A stretch of DNA of 52,485 nucleotides, counting the filler, from Mitosporidium daphniae (lineage: Eukaryota), in assembly GCF_000760515.2 (NCBI RefSeq). It is 2 parts of 2 records of this genome, joined end to end, with 100 filler letters (N's around TTAATTAATTAA, not from the genome) between each part and the next. Parts side by side here need not be neighbours in the genome. Positions count along the whole stretch, not along the records: positions 1 to 26,249 come from NW_013546152.1; 1 more part is not named here. One strand, written 5' to 3'. The position numbers and the translations under genes were made by a program. This document shows, in pieces, positions 1-11,636 of this stretch. The notes under the pieces are model-generated. The model made no database searches. It saw nothing but the letters and a program-made list of their open reading frames with translations, and was not told where the DNA came from. The first letter of the stretch is position 1. Each line of letters starts with the position of its first letter.

Positions 1-355
1 ATGTAATGTACCTGTGCAGTAGTAATGCAGCAAATTATGATCGAATTCAAACCATCTCTTCCAGGATTAAGGTAGATTTAACCCATTCACAGTCTAGTAT
101 ATTTTGCAAGTAATTTTGTCTGACTATGAATTTCTTGCCTTTTCTTCGATCGAAATAGCGGAGGCTCTTTGTAGAGTCTTGAATATTCCACCAAATTCCG
201 ATCTCTATTCTAATTTATTGCGAAAAAATGGAAACTCCATATCCTCTGACCTTCTTGAAAAGATTGAGCGGATAATAGAAACAGATTATACCATGGAATT
301 GCCAGGAATTGTATCCAGATATCAGACCAAATGTTGTAAAATTGAAGCAAAATAA
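1..355 (+). CDS. 3' end of a cyclin-like gene (cyclin C-terminal fold), partial; intron 72-97
   Basis: Splicing gtagat...tctag (72-97) gives ...SSRIK|YILQVILSDYEFLAFSSIEIAEAL, resembling the cyclin_C pattern 'YLxELSLxDYxFLxYxPSxIAAAA'. The frame is open to the window start. Confidence 0.5.
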
Positions 356-401
356 ATAAAAATTTAAATTAAATTTGTGGTCAACCATTCTGTTTGGCGT
401 A

Positions 402-2517
402 ATGGATTCTCGCAGTCTTCTGCTTCCTATTAGTGCGTCTAAAGAGGAGATCGTTTGCGCATTAGAATCTTCGGATACCCTAATCATCACTGGAGAAACA
501 GGAAGTGGAAAATCTACCCAAGTGCCCATTATCATATATGAAGCCTTCCTCAGTGCAGCATCCAAAAATGCCATCATTTGCGTCACACAGCCAAAGAGAA
601 TAGCAGCCATGACACTTGCCAAAAGAGTCTCCTATGAAATGTCTGTTAAGTTGAAAGACTCCTCAATCGATACCAAACTTGGTGGGCTTGTTGGCTATTC
701 TGTTCGGTTTGATGATAAGACATCATCGTCTACCAGGATCAAGTATGTGACAGATGGCATGTTGCTTCGAGAATATCTTATAGACCATACACTTTCCACA
801 TACGCTTACATTTGCATTGACGAAGTTCATGAGCGATCCATGAGGACAGATATCCTTTTGGGCCTGCTCCGAGATCTTCAGAACTCAAGAAAGCTCAAGA
901 TAATTCTCATGTCCGCTACGATGGAATATGAAAAGTTTTTCAATTTTTTTTCCAGGCCATCCCTTCCAAAAGAATTGAGCGTAAAGAAAGTCCATGTCAT
1001 TGGGCGTCAGTTTCCGGTCTCGATTTTTTATACTGAAGAGCCTCAAAAGGACTATGTAGAGGCAGCCGTTTTGACCGTTTTTCAAATCCACTTTGAAAGT
1101 CCGCCTGAAGGGGATATTTTAGTTTTTCTTACAGGGCAAGAAGACATCGAGGCGGCCCGTTCCATTATAATTTCCAATAGCCCGAAGGACAATAATTGGA
1201 AAGGATCTCCTTCTTTGAGCATTGTCCCTATTTATGCAGCGCTTCCACCTCATCAGCAAATGGAGGCATTTAAAAGATCGCCCCCAGGAACAAGAAAAGT
1301 GATATTGGCAACCAACATTGCCGAGTCTTCAGTTACCATTCCTGGGATCAGATATGTTGTTGACTGCGGGCTTTCAAAGTCTCGGGCTTTTCATAGCAAT
1401 TTTGGTAAGCGAAAGCGACAGAAGTTTATTTGTCTACTTTAGGCCTGGAAAGTTTGATAATATCGCCAATATCGAAAGCATCTGCTTTACAGCGTGCAGG
1501 TAGAGCGGGAAGAGAGGTAACGAGCGTTGAAATTTACGGTAGGGACCCGGTTATTGCTATCGCCTTTATACTGAGAGTTGCTTTTCCTCTCTGGTTCCTT
1601 CTACGGTTCCGGAAATCAAAAAGTATTTGCAATTTGTAACCGATCGATAGGGCCAATTTGTCAAACATCATTTTGTTCATGAAAGCATCTGGAATCTCCG
1701 ACATTCTTTCTTTTGGTTACATAGACCCGCCACATCGGTCTTCTATTGTATCTGCATTGGCGTCCCTGCATTCTCTTGGCGCGCTTGATAAGTGTGGTAA
1801 CATTACAGAGCTTGGGAAAAAAATGTCTTTATTCCCGTTGGATCCCTTTCTTTCGAGGACCATCTTGGCAGCGGGAGATCTTCAATGTGCAGAGCAAGTT
1901 TTGTCAATTGTGGCTTTGCTTTCCGTTGAAAATCTAGTTTTCAAATCCAAAAAAGAGCTATCAGTGGAGGTTGACAGCGGCGATTCTTATGAGCCAATTA
2001 GCTCACTCGATACGGAACAGAACGTCCCTGCTCTTATTGACTTTTACCATCCAAGGGGTGACCATCTTACTTTGTTGAACATTTACGAGTCATACGCCAA
2101 AGCAACGGATAAAAAAACGTGGTTCAGCTCCCATCCTTCAATAAACAGAAAGTCATTTGTAATGGCATTGAGGACTAGGGAGCAGCTCTGGGGGTTCTGC
2201 AAAAAGGCCTCCATTACAACATCGTCAAATGCAGCGGACTCGGAGACAATTCTGAAGGCATTTATTGAGGGCTTCTCTTCAAATATTTCTGTACTCACAC
2301 TGCCTTCTAAAAGATATAAAGGTCTGTCGTCAAACCAGGTATTTTAACGCGGTCTTATTGTGATTAGGAAGTTTCCATCCACCCTTCTTCGGCTCTTTTT
2401 TACAAAAAGTCTAAAGCCAAATATTTAATGTTTAATGAACTTGTATTCACATCCAAGTCATTTATGAGAGGGGTTTCCATCATTGATGGGCTGATTGGAA
2501 AGGAAGCTGCAATGTAG
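402..2517 (+). CDS. DEAH-box RNA helicase (DHX33/Dhr2/Prh1-like), 5 exons
   Basis: Motifs [40 protein letters not shown], plus HA2 and OB-like 'SIHPSS'. Introns 1405-1442, 1517-1542, 1623-1650 and 2339-2367 restore one frame. No N-terminal extension. Confidence 0.9.
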
Positions 2518-2538
2518 TATACGGATTGAAGACTGGGG

Positions 2539-5500
2539 TTAAATTAAGCATAAGTTATCTAGCAAAAGCTCATGGCATATCTTTGAAATTTTGTGTTCAT
2601 CAATGCCCTCCTCATCAAATAAAACATTTTTCATATGCGAGGGGTCAAGTTTGCGGTTATTCGTTAGCAGAAAACAAAAATATAACTTGTCCATGGCCAT
2701 ACTTCGTATCTGCTCATATGGGCTGCTTACACCAAATTGCTGCACCAACGAGCGCAAAGCAACATTTGCACCGTGGAAATAAATGTACAATTCAGTGGAT
2801 ATCTCCATTAGCTTGAACATCTTTTTTTCATTTTCAAAGCCACAATTTGCCATGCAGTTCAAGCCATCGATCAAGAGCGAAACGTGTCTAAGTAAAATAC
2901 ACAAAGCTTACTGAGAGCAATCGGGACTGGCCAGGAATGATCGAAGGCCATCCATTGAAAAGAGAAATAGAAAAAATGAGCAAAATGAATCAAACGCAAT
3001 GCTATTCAGCTTACACTGAGCGAAAAGTTCAAAAACGAGAGGATAAAGCGACCGATCGAGTTGTAACGAATCCAAGATTTCGGTGTGCAAAGGAGATGCA
3101 ATGTCCCCCAAAAAGAAGATTATCCCCTTCAGAATGGATGCCTTCAAAGGGGACGGGAAAAGGTGTAGATTGGACACAATCGACGAAAGAGATGGCGATG
3201 GCCCAACAAACGGATATTTTTGTGCTATATTCGGCAACAGCTTGATGGCAGAATTTCTTGTAACCTCGTTGCGGTCAAAGCAGAGTCTCAAAATGTAATG
3301 CTCGGCATTATCCCGCGCAGGAGAGGGGGGTGTAAAGACCGAGCCCAGTTCCATTGTTAATAACAAGGCGAGGTTTCTTATCTGGTATCCTTGCTCGCCA
3401 TTTTTGGTGTATTTGTAAAAAAAGATGGCCGAGTTTAGAGATTCATACACCTGATCGAGTAATGCCTCACTGACCACATGGGTGCATTTTGGCATCAAAT
3501 GGCGCAAACATTTAATGGAATAAAGAGAAAGCACGTGAGTATCGGAAAGAGAAACCGTCTATCGTGGTGGTTAATTAAACAAGCAAAGTACCTTTATGAA
3601 AAAACAAAACCGCATCAACACACTCAGGAGATCCGAATTTCTTTCCAGTAAATAATCACATGGGAAGTACGAGAACATCAACAAATACCCAACCTTTACG
3701 GATGAAGACGAAATTTTAGCAAGCAGAGCCGAAAATATCTTTTGAAGCAAATCGCCATTCTTTGCTTTGAGGCGATCGGTAAAAAGGGAGAACCCACGCT
3801 GGGCAAACGGATAAACTGCCCTTTCAATGAAATTAACGTTTTCAATGTCAAATAGAAATACACAAAACCTTGCAACGTGAAGGGCAAGGTCGTCTGTGAT
3901 GGAAAAGTGTGGAGCCTCCCGCATCAAGACCTCAAGTAGCTCGCAAATAGAACATAACAGAGGTATGGCATCGGAATTTTCCAAAAGAAGCTTTGTTGAT
4001 GCCCAGGAAAAAGTAGTGCATAACAAGGAAACAATGGACTCGCGAAAAGGTACCAATGGACCCGGGAAATTCAAAACGTAATATTTCAAAAGCAAAAAGG
4101 CCCCGTGTTTATCTGAATAGCTGGGCGATAATATACGAGGAAGCTAAAGTTAATACAACATCAAGACACTACCAAGTATTTGAATTCGTCAACATTAAAC
4201 TGCTCAAGCGAACTAAAATTTTCGGACGATAACACTCGGATGCGAATATCCCAATGAAAAGCACCTATTTCAAGAAGGTTCTTTCGAAGTGCACATGCAG
4301 CTGAGGGGTGACTAAAATCAAAGCAGGCGATTACCTATCAAGATCAACCATGCTTGCTCGAAGGCACTCTTTCGGATTGCTAACGGAATAATAATTGATC
4401 AAAGGCAGCAGGTTAATGTAATGGTTAAGACCAGCTTTTCGGCCAACGAGCTCTTGAAAAGCAGAGGCAGCAGCACGACGGATTTGGATTTCTCTATCGA
4501 CAAATGAAACCGATATTAGAGCGTCCAACAGGCGCTGGAGATGCTCCGTGTCGTTGAAAGGGGTATTTCTTGCAAAAGACCATGCACAAAAGCAGGCTAA
4601 ATCTCTAACATTGACACCATGTGCGACACCATCTAAGAAAACCTCAAAAAAAAGGAGCTATAAATCAGATTTGCCCCCGCGAAAACGAACCTTATTTACA
4701 GACGAAATAATCTCTGGTGATGGCAAGGTCAATGAAAGTCGATAGATTTGCGACAAAAGCAAAAGGCATCCACAGATCCCCGAAATGATATCAATATTCC
4801 AGGAACAATGCGAGGAAGAAAGAGTTAGACTGCAGCTTTCAATAATGAAAGTTTTCTCTGCACACCCGAGCTTTGCAAAAAGGCGCGATAAGGTCCGAGA
4901 TGCCGTATATCTTACTAAAGAATCCTATACGCCAATAAAGATGCCGATTAACGTACCCTACACTTTAAACTTTCCACACAAGCTTCCAAAATACGGCTTT
5001 TGGAAACAACATTTTCTTCAAAGCACAAATAAAATGCAGAATACAACTTTAGGAGCACTCTTTGGACGGCAGTGCACTGTGGGCTTATACATAGTTTCTC
5101 CGATATGGCAAATACCATTCGCTGATCTAAACACTGACTATCACATGACTTTGCATAATAGTATAGCAGATAAGCACACCCAATGGCTTGAGAATCCTCT
5201 AGCAAAGGGGCTCCCTCATATAAAAACGATAGCAATTTCGTTTGGTCCCACCCGTATGTGATTGAATCTGGTCTTAGAGAAAGAGACACCAATAACTTGC
5301 AAAGGCTCTTTTGAATGGGCGAGTTGCAAAGGGCTCTTTTTTTAAAACATGAAAGAATGGATGTAAAGATGGAGCCCTAGGTTTTAAAATACACACGACC
5401 AACCTTTGAGGGGTCCAAATCAAGCAGCTTAAACGGTAGTTTCAGTAGCTGATCCATCCAAAGAACGGTACAGTATTTGAGTTCGATGAGGTCTTTACAA

Positions 5501-5949
5501 GATCCCGATTCAAGTACATATAGTTGGTAGGTCACATTCAAATTATATCTGAACCACTCGATTGACGTGGGAAAATAGTGAGAGAATGCCTTATGGCCTC
5601 TGATTCGGGAGCAAAGATAAAGGAGGTTATAGCAGAAAATGGACCGAGGATCTTCATATGCAAGCCCGGTGGAAAAATTTGCAAAAATGCGCTCCACAAT
5701 GGGATGCAAATACGCGTCAAATACAATTGCATTGTTTGAAAATCCCTCAATTAAAAGGTAGAGCCTGCTGATTGGATCAATGGGCTTGGTGATGTTCTTG
5801 GCCGCTGAAAGGCTCAAGACAGGACGCGAGTGGAGAAGCTTCCCATCAAATATCTGAGACAAAAGATTGTCGACATTCGAGGGAGAGGTATCCGGCACAT
5901 GCATCTGCTCTTCTTCGGCCTGTTCATCGATGCTGTGATTGCAGGACAT
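2539..5949 (-). CDS. TBCD: Tubulin-folding cofactor D, multi-exon
   Basis: Hallmarks 'SRIRGHK', 'NVRDLACFCAWSFAR' and 'DREIQIRRAAASAFQELVGR' across consecutive minus-strand ORFs joined by short GT-AG introns. Confidence 0.85.
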
Positions 5950-5963
5950 GCCACTGCCCGGTA

Positions 5964-5988
5964 AATTAAAGTTTAGTAAACTTTAATT
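5964..5988. promoter_or_regulatory. Palindrome in the 39-bp divergent TBCD/APC11 spacer
   Basis: AATTAAAGTTTA-G-TAAACTTTAATT has perfect 12-bp arms and lies between ATGs at 5949 (-) and 5989 (+). Confidence 0.55.
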
Positions 5989-6348
5989 ATGCAGCCGACA
6001 TCCTTATGTACCGAGGGATCTGTACAGCCGTTAAACATAGTAATCAGCAAGTATTCTTTGCAAGTTAAGCTGAATGCATAGAGTACGTATTGCAGCCCAA
6101 TGGCGGTGGGATATCGATGAAGACGAGCTATGTGGGATCTGCCGGTCCGCATTTGGAGGTTCATGTCCTGAATGCAAGCATCCGGGCATAGGATGCCCGC
6201 CTGGTAAGTTTGACGCTGCTGAAAATTAGTTATGGGGCAATGTAAGCATTTCTTTCATGTCCATTGTCTTGGACGCTGGATAGAGACATGTCCACAGTGC
6301 CCGCTTTGCCGCCGCGTATGGCAGGTTTCCACGGAATGGCCGAAATAA
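5989..6348 (+). CDS. APC11: Anaphase-promoting complex subunit 11 (RING-H2), 3 exons; not in the ORF track
   Basis: Introns 6051-6081 and 6204-6229 give ...WRWDIDEDELCGICRSAFGGSCPECKHPGIGCPPVMGQCKHFFHVHCLGRWIETCPQCPLCRRVWQ, the Apc11-type RING-H2. Confidence 0.9.
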
Positions 6349-6426
6349 ATTGTTTATATTTTATTCTTGGCGAAGACATGGGTGTAATGGCAGCCGATGC
6401 CGTATCTGGCCTTTTGACGTACACGG

Positions 6427-6976
6427 TCATTCTCTTGAATTCTTTTCTGGCATTGTATTTCTGTCTCGCCTTGGCGCTGCACCCTTCCACTCCCTTCCTT
6501 TTGATCCCATTTCTGGGTATTTGCGCATTGGCTTACCGCCGGACACCGTAGAAGCCGAAGCGTGGAATTTCGAGTTTTCCTTTTTTGCCCGCTCAATTAC
6601 CTACCGAAAATAAGTGGTGCAGGTATGTGCAACCTTTTCGTCAAGTCGAATATACTTGATGGTGACGCCTCTGATCATCACTTCCGGGAGCTTCCAAAAC
6701 GTCTCTCCATCCTACTAGTCAGCTGATCAGAGAATCTCACCGAGGAGGTGTATATGGCATCTGAAAGGTGCAGGTTCATCCACGGATCGACATTGAGGAG
6801 CTTGCCGTTGTATGCCTCGCCGTTTTTTAATTCAACCAGCTTGGGTGTAAGAAGGGGACACGCTTACCAGGGGAACGCCCTTTGAGATGGAAAGCAAGTT
6901 GATCGGTAGCTAAGCAATAAAGATTTCAAATACAAGAAAGCCATTTGGGCCAGAACAAAAGGCCACTTACCACCAT
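6427..6976 (-). CDS. LSM4: U6 snRNA-associated Sm-like protein LSm4, 5 exons; not in the ORF track
   Basis: Spliced product [72 protein letters not shown]. Introns include 6910-6970 and 6840-6867. Confidence 0.9.
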
Positions 6977-7101
6977 CGGAAAATTTAAAATTCCCCATAA
7001 AATTAGACATTGTAAACTTCGAGTACAACAACTGCAATGACAACTACACTCCCATGTGGGGACGGTATTGTTTATTTTGGACTTTGACGCATCCTCATCA
7101 A

Positions 7102-7616
7102 CTAATTGACATTCATCATCTTTTTGAATTCTTCAAAGTCGATGAGATTGTTTCCATCTAAATCAGCGTCCTTGATCATGCGCGCAACATCAGCCCCACT
7201 TGCGGGCTCCCCAAGATTCTTCAGCACTAGCGCCAGCTCTTCGGACGATATGAATCCATCGCCATTTTTGTCGAACACGTCAAAAGCCTCCTTGAGTTCA
7301 GCCTCGGCATCTACATCCTTGACCTTGCGAGCCATCATGGTAAGAAACTCAAAGAAATCAATTGTGCCATCCCCGTCGGCATCGACCTCATTGAGCATGT
7401 CTGAGATTTCAGATTCGCTTGGATGCTGACCCAATGCATGCATCACTCGACCGAGCTCTTGAATGGTGATTCTTCCATCGTTGTTCTTGTCAAAAAGCGA
7501 AAAGGCTTCTTTCAGTTCAGCAATCTGCTCCTCGCTCAGCTGGTGCTGTCCAGTCGAACGATTGACGGCGGACGGCGGCTAAGGTTACCCAGTCAGCGAT
7601 CACCTACCGATCCCAT
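7102..7616 (-). CDS. CMD1: Calmodulin (divergent), intron 7579-7607
   Basis: [25 protein letters not shown]..., four EF-hand loops, central 'EFLTMMARK'. Confidence 0.85.
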
Positions 7617-8087
7617 TCTGATGCAATTAAAAACAACAATTAAATGGACTATTAAAATGTATTACACCAAGGTGACGGCCATGGCGCGCGTGACCCAACA
7701 TTATGTATTTACTTTTAAATATTTCGACCGCCACCGTAAGAATAACTTTCATGGAGAGGTCAGACATTGATGACGGTCGAATGACGGATGGGAATAGCCC
7801 ATGGGCGACGCATTGAAATAGTCCATTTCTCGCACACAGCTCTTTGGACGTGGTTTGTTGTGATTGTTTATGTGAACACAATTGCCAACTAGGTATCGAT
7901 CAGTCAAATATACTGGTATCCAACGGATATCGTCGATCGCCGAAATCAAATCCACCCAGTGTAGATATTTAAGAAGCCAAAGGTATCACTGCTCATCATG
8001 TTCTAAATGTAACCACCAGGCTGCTCGCTCATGCCATGCCATGCCACAAAATCATGTTAATTTAGTTGCTATACATGAATCGATTAT

Positions 8088-10478
8088 TCAGCAGGGGAAC
8101 CCATCAATAAGCACGATTTCCTTGTCATCATTCACAGATGCAGCCGCTGATCTCGCCGAAGCGATATTAGCTGGAGAATCCTGCAAAGTGATGTCCACAG
8201 TGTGGTTCAATTGGCTTGCCGAACTTTGCGGGGGAGAATCGATGGCTGGCTGCAGAGACAAAATGTTGATGCATGGAGCGCTCGATGCCATATCGGTCAC
8301 ATGTACACTTTGCTTGAGCATTTCCGAAAGAATCTCTTTCAAAGTGGCCCTAGAGTATTTCATCTCTTTCGGATCAAACCAGTTTTGAAAAGATACACGT
8401 TCTTCGATCTGCCGAGCAACCTTTTCTGGATCTTGAAAGAACATATATGCATAGTTGAGAAGAAAAAGACCGCAGTCGGCGCTATTTTTTTGCATGGGCG
8501 CGTTGATGTATCTAGTATTGATCAGAGCGGAGTTTATCATCCAAACAGGGTCTGTACCCGCTTCAGGGCAATCGGTCTCCAGCAACGAGGCTTCTTGCTC
8601 GATGAACCTATCCAATTACAGCAGGAGAAACTGACCTTTTTAATATGCGAACAGTTCTAAACTTGTGCTTCCCGCCAAGAGAGTCAAATATGCATATTCT
8701 CGTCAACGGGGGCTCTGCACCAATCTGTATTTGTGCATGATCTTCATTGGCCGCAATTGAAAAATCTGAGCCAAAATCCTCGTTAGTTTCTACTATTTCA
8801 AGAGGTGATTCGCCATCAGGGGAAGAGGGCTGCTCCTTCTTGAAAAGTGATGCAGAGGGATTGCATATGATGCACAGATACCAGTGATTGCTATGAAAGA
8901 AACGGTGATAAGTACCATTCATTTACAGGAATGACCACATAGTTATAGAAGAAGATTCGCATCGGCTTATATACACGACCTTCACCTTCACTCAGCAATT
9001 GACGAAAGAAAAACGAATTTGTGAGTCTGATGCGTGGCCTCATGTTTTCCAATATCTTATGATCTGATTCTCCGCACAAAGCGTTGGGGCTATCTTGATT
9101 GAGAAAAAGCCTCAGGAAAAAGTCAACAATGGTATCATTCAAGAAAACACCATCGTCTAGCCTAAGGAACTCCTCTTCCGTAATGGTATATGCAATCCTG
9201 CCGCTGAACCGGTAAAGAAAAAGACTACCATCAAATTTTTTTCGTACCTTTTATGAGAAATCTGGGATAGACAATCTTGGGCCACGCTTCCATCATCAAG
9301 GGCAACGCAGTCTGCATCGTAGCGGGCTCTTTCTCCTTTATTGGAGACTCTGCTGCTCGATCGCCGTAAAGGGCTAGCTTTCGTGCTGTACTTTCGCAAA
9401 AGACAAGATCGAGTCTCTTGAAAAATCTCCTCTTGTAAAAGTGGCGCCCTGCATTCGTCGGGATACTCCGAAAAAAGGGTGCAAAGATGCTCTTTAGATG
9501 GGCTTATCTCTAAAATGGAAAATGCAGAGTATCATACCAATGACCGATCCGTAAAGCCCTCCCAACTTGGCATAAATTTCCTCGCATGTTATCTGGGTGG
9601 AAACGGTGAGCAGAATCTTTTGGCCTCGGATTGGAGAATCTTAAAATTGAACATTGTACCGTGATACCTTGAAAAAGAAATCAATCTTTTTACCTTTTTC
9701 GAATAGACGATGTTCCGAAGCGGATTTAGGCAAGCTATTGGCGTTATTTTCGGCCCCAGGAACACCCACAAGCAGAAAAACAAGGGATGGAAATCCGGCA
9801 TCCGAGTTTTTAGCGACCTATGGTAATTCTAAAAATAAATACCAAAATCCGATCAATTGACGCAAGCCCTGCTGAGCACTTCCAAGCAGCAGAGTCGGAG
9901 AGGCAATTGTGTAAAACCAAAAATTCGATTGAAATCCCATGCTGCTCGAAAACCAACGAGGCATGGAGCTCCGCACTCACAAACTGGGTTGCCTGTTTTG
10001 CGCTGAGGAAAGCGAGCAAGACTGTAATGTTTTTCCCTCCCCGACAATAAAACCCTGACGCAGACAAGAGAGAAATATTTGTAACCACAAACTTGAGACT
10101 GCGCTGCGAACAGACTGGGTGTGTAAATTCAGCGGTAGAGTGATCGTCCTCGCTAGCTTTCACAGCGCCATCATAGTTTGGAGCTGGTGTTTTGGCAAGA
10201 AAGTCTTGAGAGTCATCGGCTTTCGTATATGCGGCAGGTAAAAGTGAATGCATGGGTACAAATCCTTCCGGGGCCTGTTGAACAGCTCTCCTATGTCTGG
10301 CAAGTGGTATTTCCCGGCTTGCCCATTGGGCCGGTAAGGGGGCATTTTGCAAATGTGGCCCAGAAAGATTAATCGATTTTGAGGACGTATCGAACGAATT
10401 GGTTGCCCGTGAAAGCGGATTGGAGACAGGCATGGGTATCCGCCGCGCCGATGATGGGGTGTCATCATTGGAGTCCAT
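8088..10478 (-). CDS. Ulp/SENP SUMO protease (peptidase C48; Ulp2/SENP6/7-like), multi-exon
   Basis: 'FLNDTIVDFF', 'NSFFF', 'HWYLCII', 'IFDSL' and 'QKNSADCGLFLL' (His/Asp/Cys triad). Linkage of the long N-terminal exons is inferred. Confidence 0.8.
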
Positions 10479-10551
10479 GAAACTGAAAATCCAACCCTAA
10501 GTCCAAAATGTATGGCTTGAAACTTTTATTGCCAAGCCTGGTAGGCTGTAT

Positions 10552-11494
10552 TCACGAACTAGTTGACATCGAAGCCTGGACGATAGTAGCAAAGTCAGAC
10601 GTCAAAGAGGCGCCGCCAACAAGAAAGCCGTCAATATCTGGTTGCGTGGAGAGGACCTCGCAATTCTTGGCGTTCACAGAGCCACCATAGATGATACGGA
10701 TCTGCGATGCAACCTCCACACCGAGATTCTCTGCCAATGACTTGCGAATCAGTGCATGTATCTCTTGCGCCTGTGAAGGTGTGGCAACTCGACCTGTGCC
10801 AATGGCCCAGATCGGTTCGTAGGCCAACAGGAGGCGTTCGAGGATCTTTGTGCGTGCAGCGGCATCCCACGCCTTTTCAATCGATACAAAGAGGGCTTTA
10901 AGCTGGGCCGATACATACTCCCAAGTCATTCCTGCTTCACGTGTCTCCAAAGGTTCCCCAAAACAGAAGATCACAGAGAGCCCGCTATTGACAGCACTTG
11001 CGGTTTTCGCACACACAAGCTAAAGGAAAGAGAACACTCGTACCTATTTCTATTAAAAATTGTCGCTACCTAACCACAGTTATTTTAAAAACTAACCTCA
11101 TCGCTCTCGCAAAAAAGGGAACGGCGCTCTGAATGTCCCACGATGGTCCACGTCACGCCAAGCTCACGAAGCATTTCAGCGCTGGAATCAAAGGCGTTGA
11201 CTTACCTGTGCTCGCCTGTGAATGCACCAGAAGCCTTTTCATTCAGATTCTGTGCAGAAACCGCCATGATGGCCCCAGGAAATGTATTCATAGCTGGAGC
11301 AAGAAATGGGGTCGGTGGAGCAATCACAATATCCACTACGAAAGTGAGAAGCCGAGGGCACCTTTTGCAGGGTCTATTTCGTGACGTTCTACAGCACCTT
11401 TGAACTCTGCAGCTACCTGTTTGATTTTCAGCAGAGTGCCATTCATCTTCCAGTTTCCACCTACAAAGGGCTTTCTAGAGTGTGCGAGTTCCAT
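10552..11494 (-). CDS. TPI1: Triosephosphate isomerase
   Basis: RKPFVGGNWKMNG, GHSERR, AYEPIWAIGTG, YGGSV, GFLVGGASL. Two intervening sequences, 26 nt and 77 nt. Confidence 0.97.
11020..11096 (-). other. TPI intron composed of three abutting GT..AG units (27+26+24 nt)
   Basis: Minus strand: GAG|gttagtttttaaaataactgtggttag|gtagcgacaatttttaatagaaatag|gtacgagtgttctctttcctttag|CTT. Full removal restores ESDE-LVCAK. Confidence 0.8.
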
Positions 11495-11636
11495 GCAAAA
11501 CAAGTAAAATTTAAAAACCGTTTAATTTGACCACCTCATCATTTAAATGGGGACGCGTCCACAATTTGTAATTTCATCAGACCTTAGCCTAGGGTTAGGG
11601 GTAGAAATCATCCAGCACACAAATAAAGCTGGTTGC

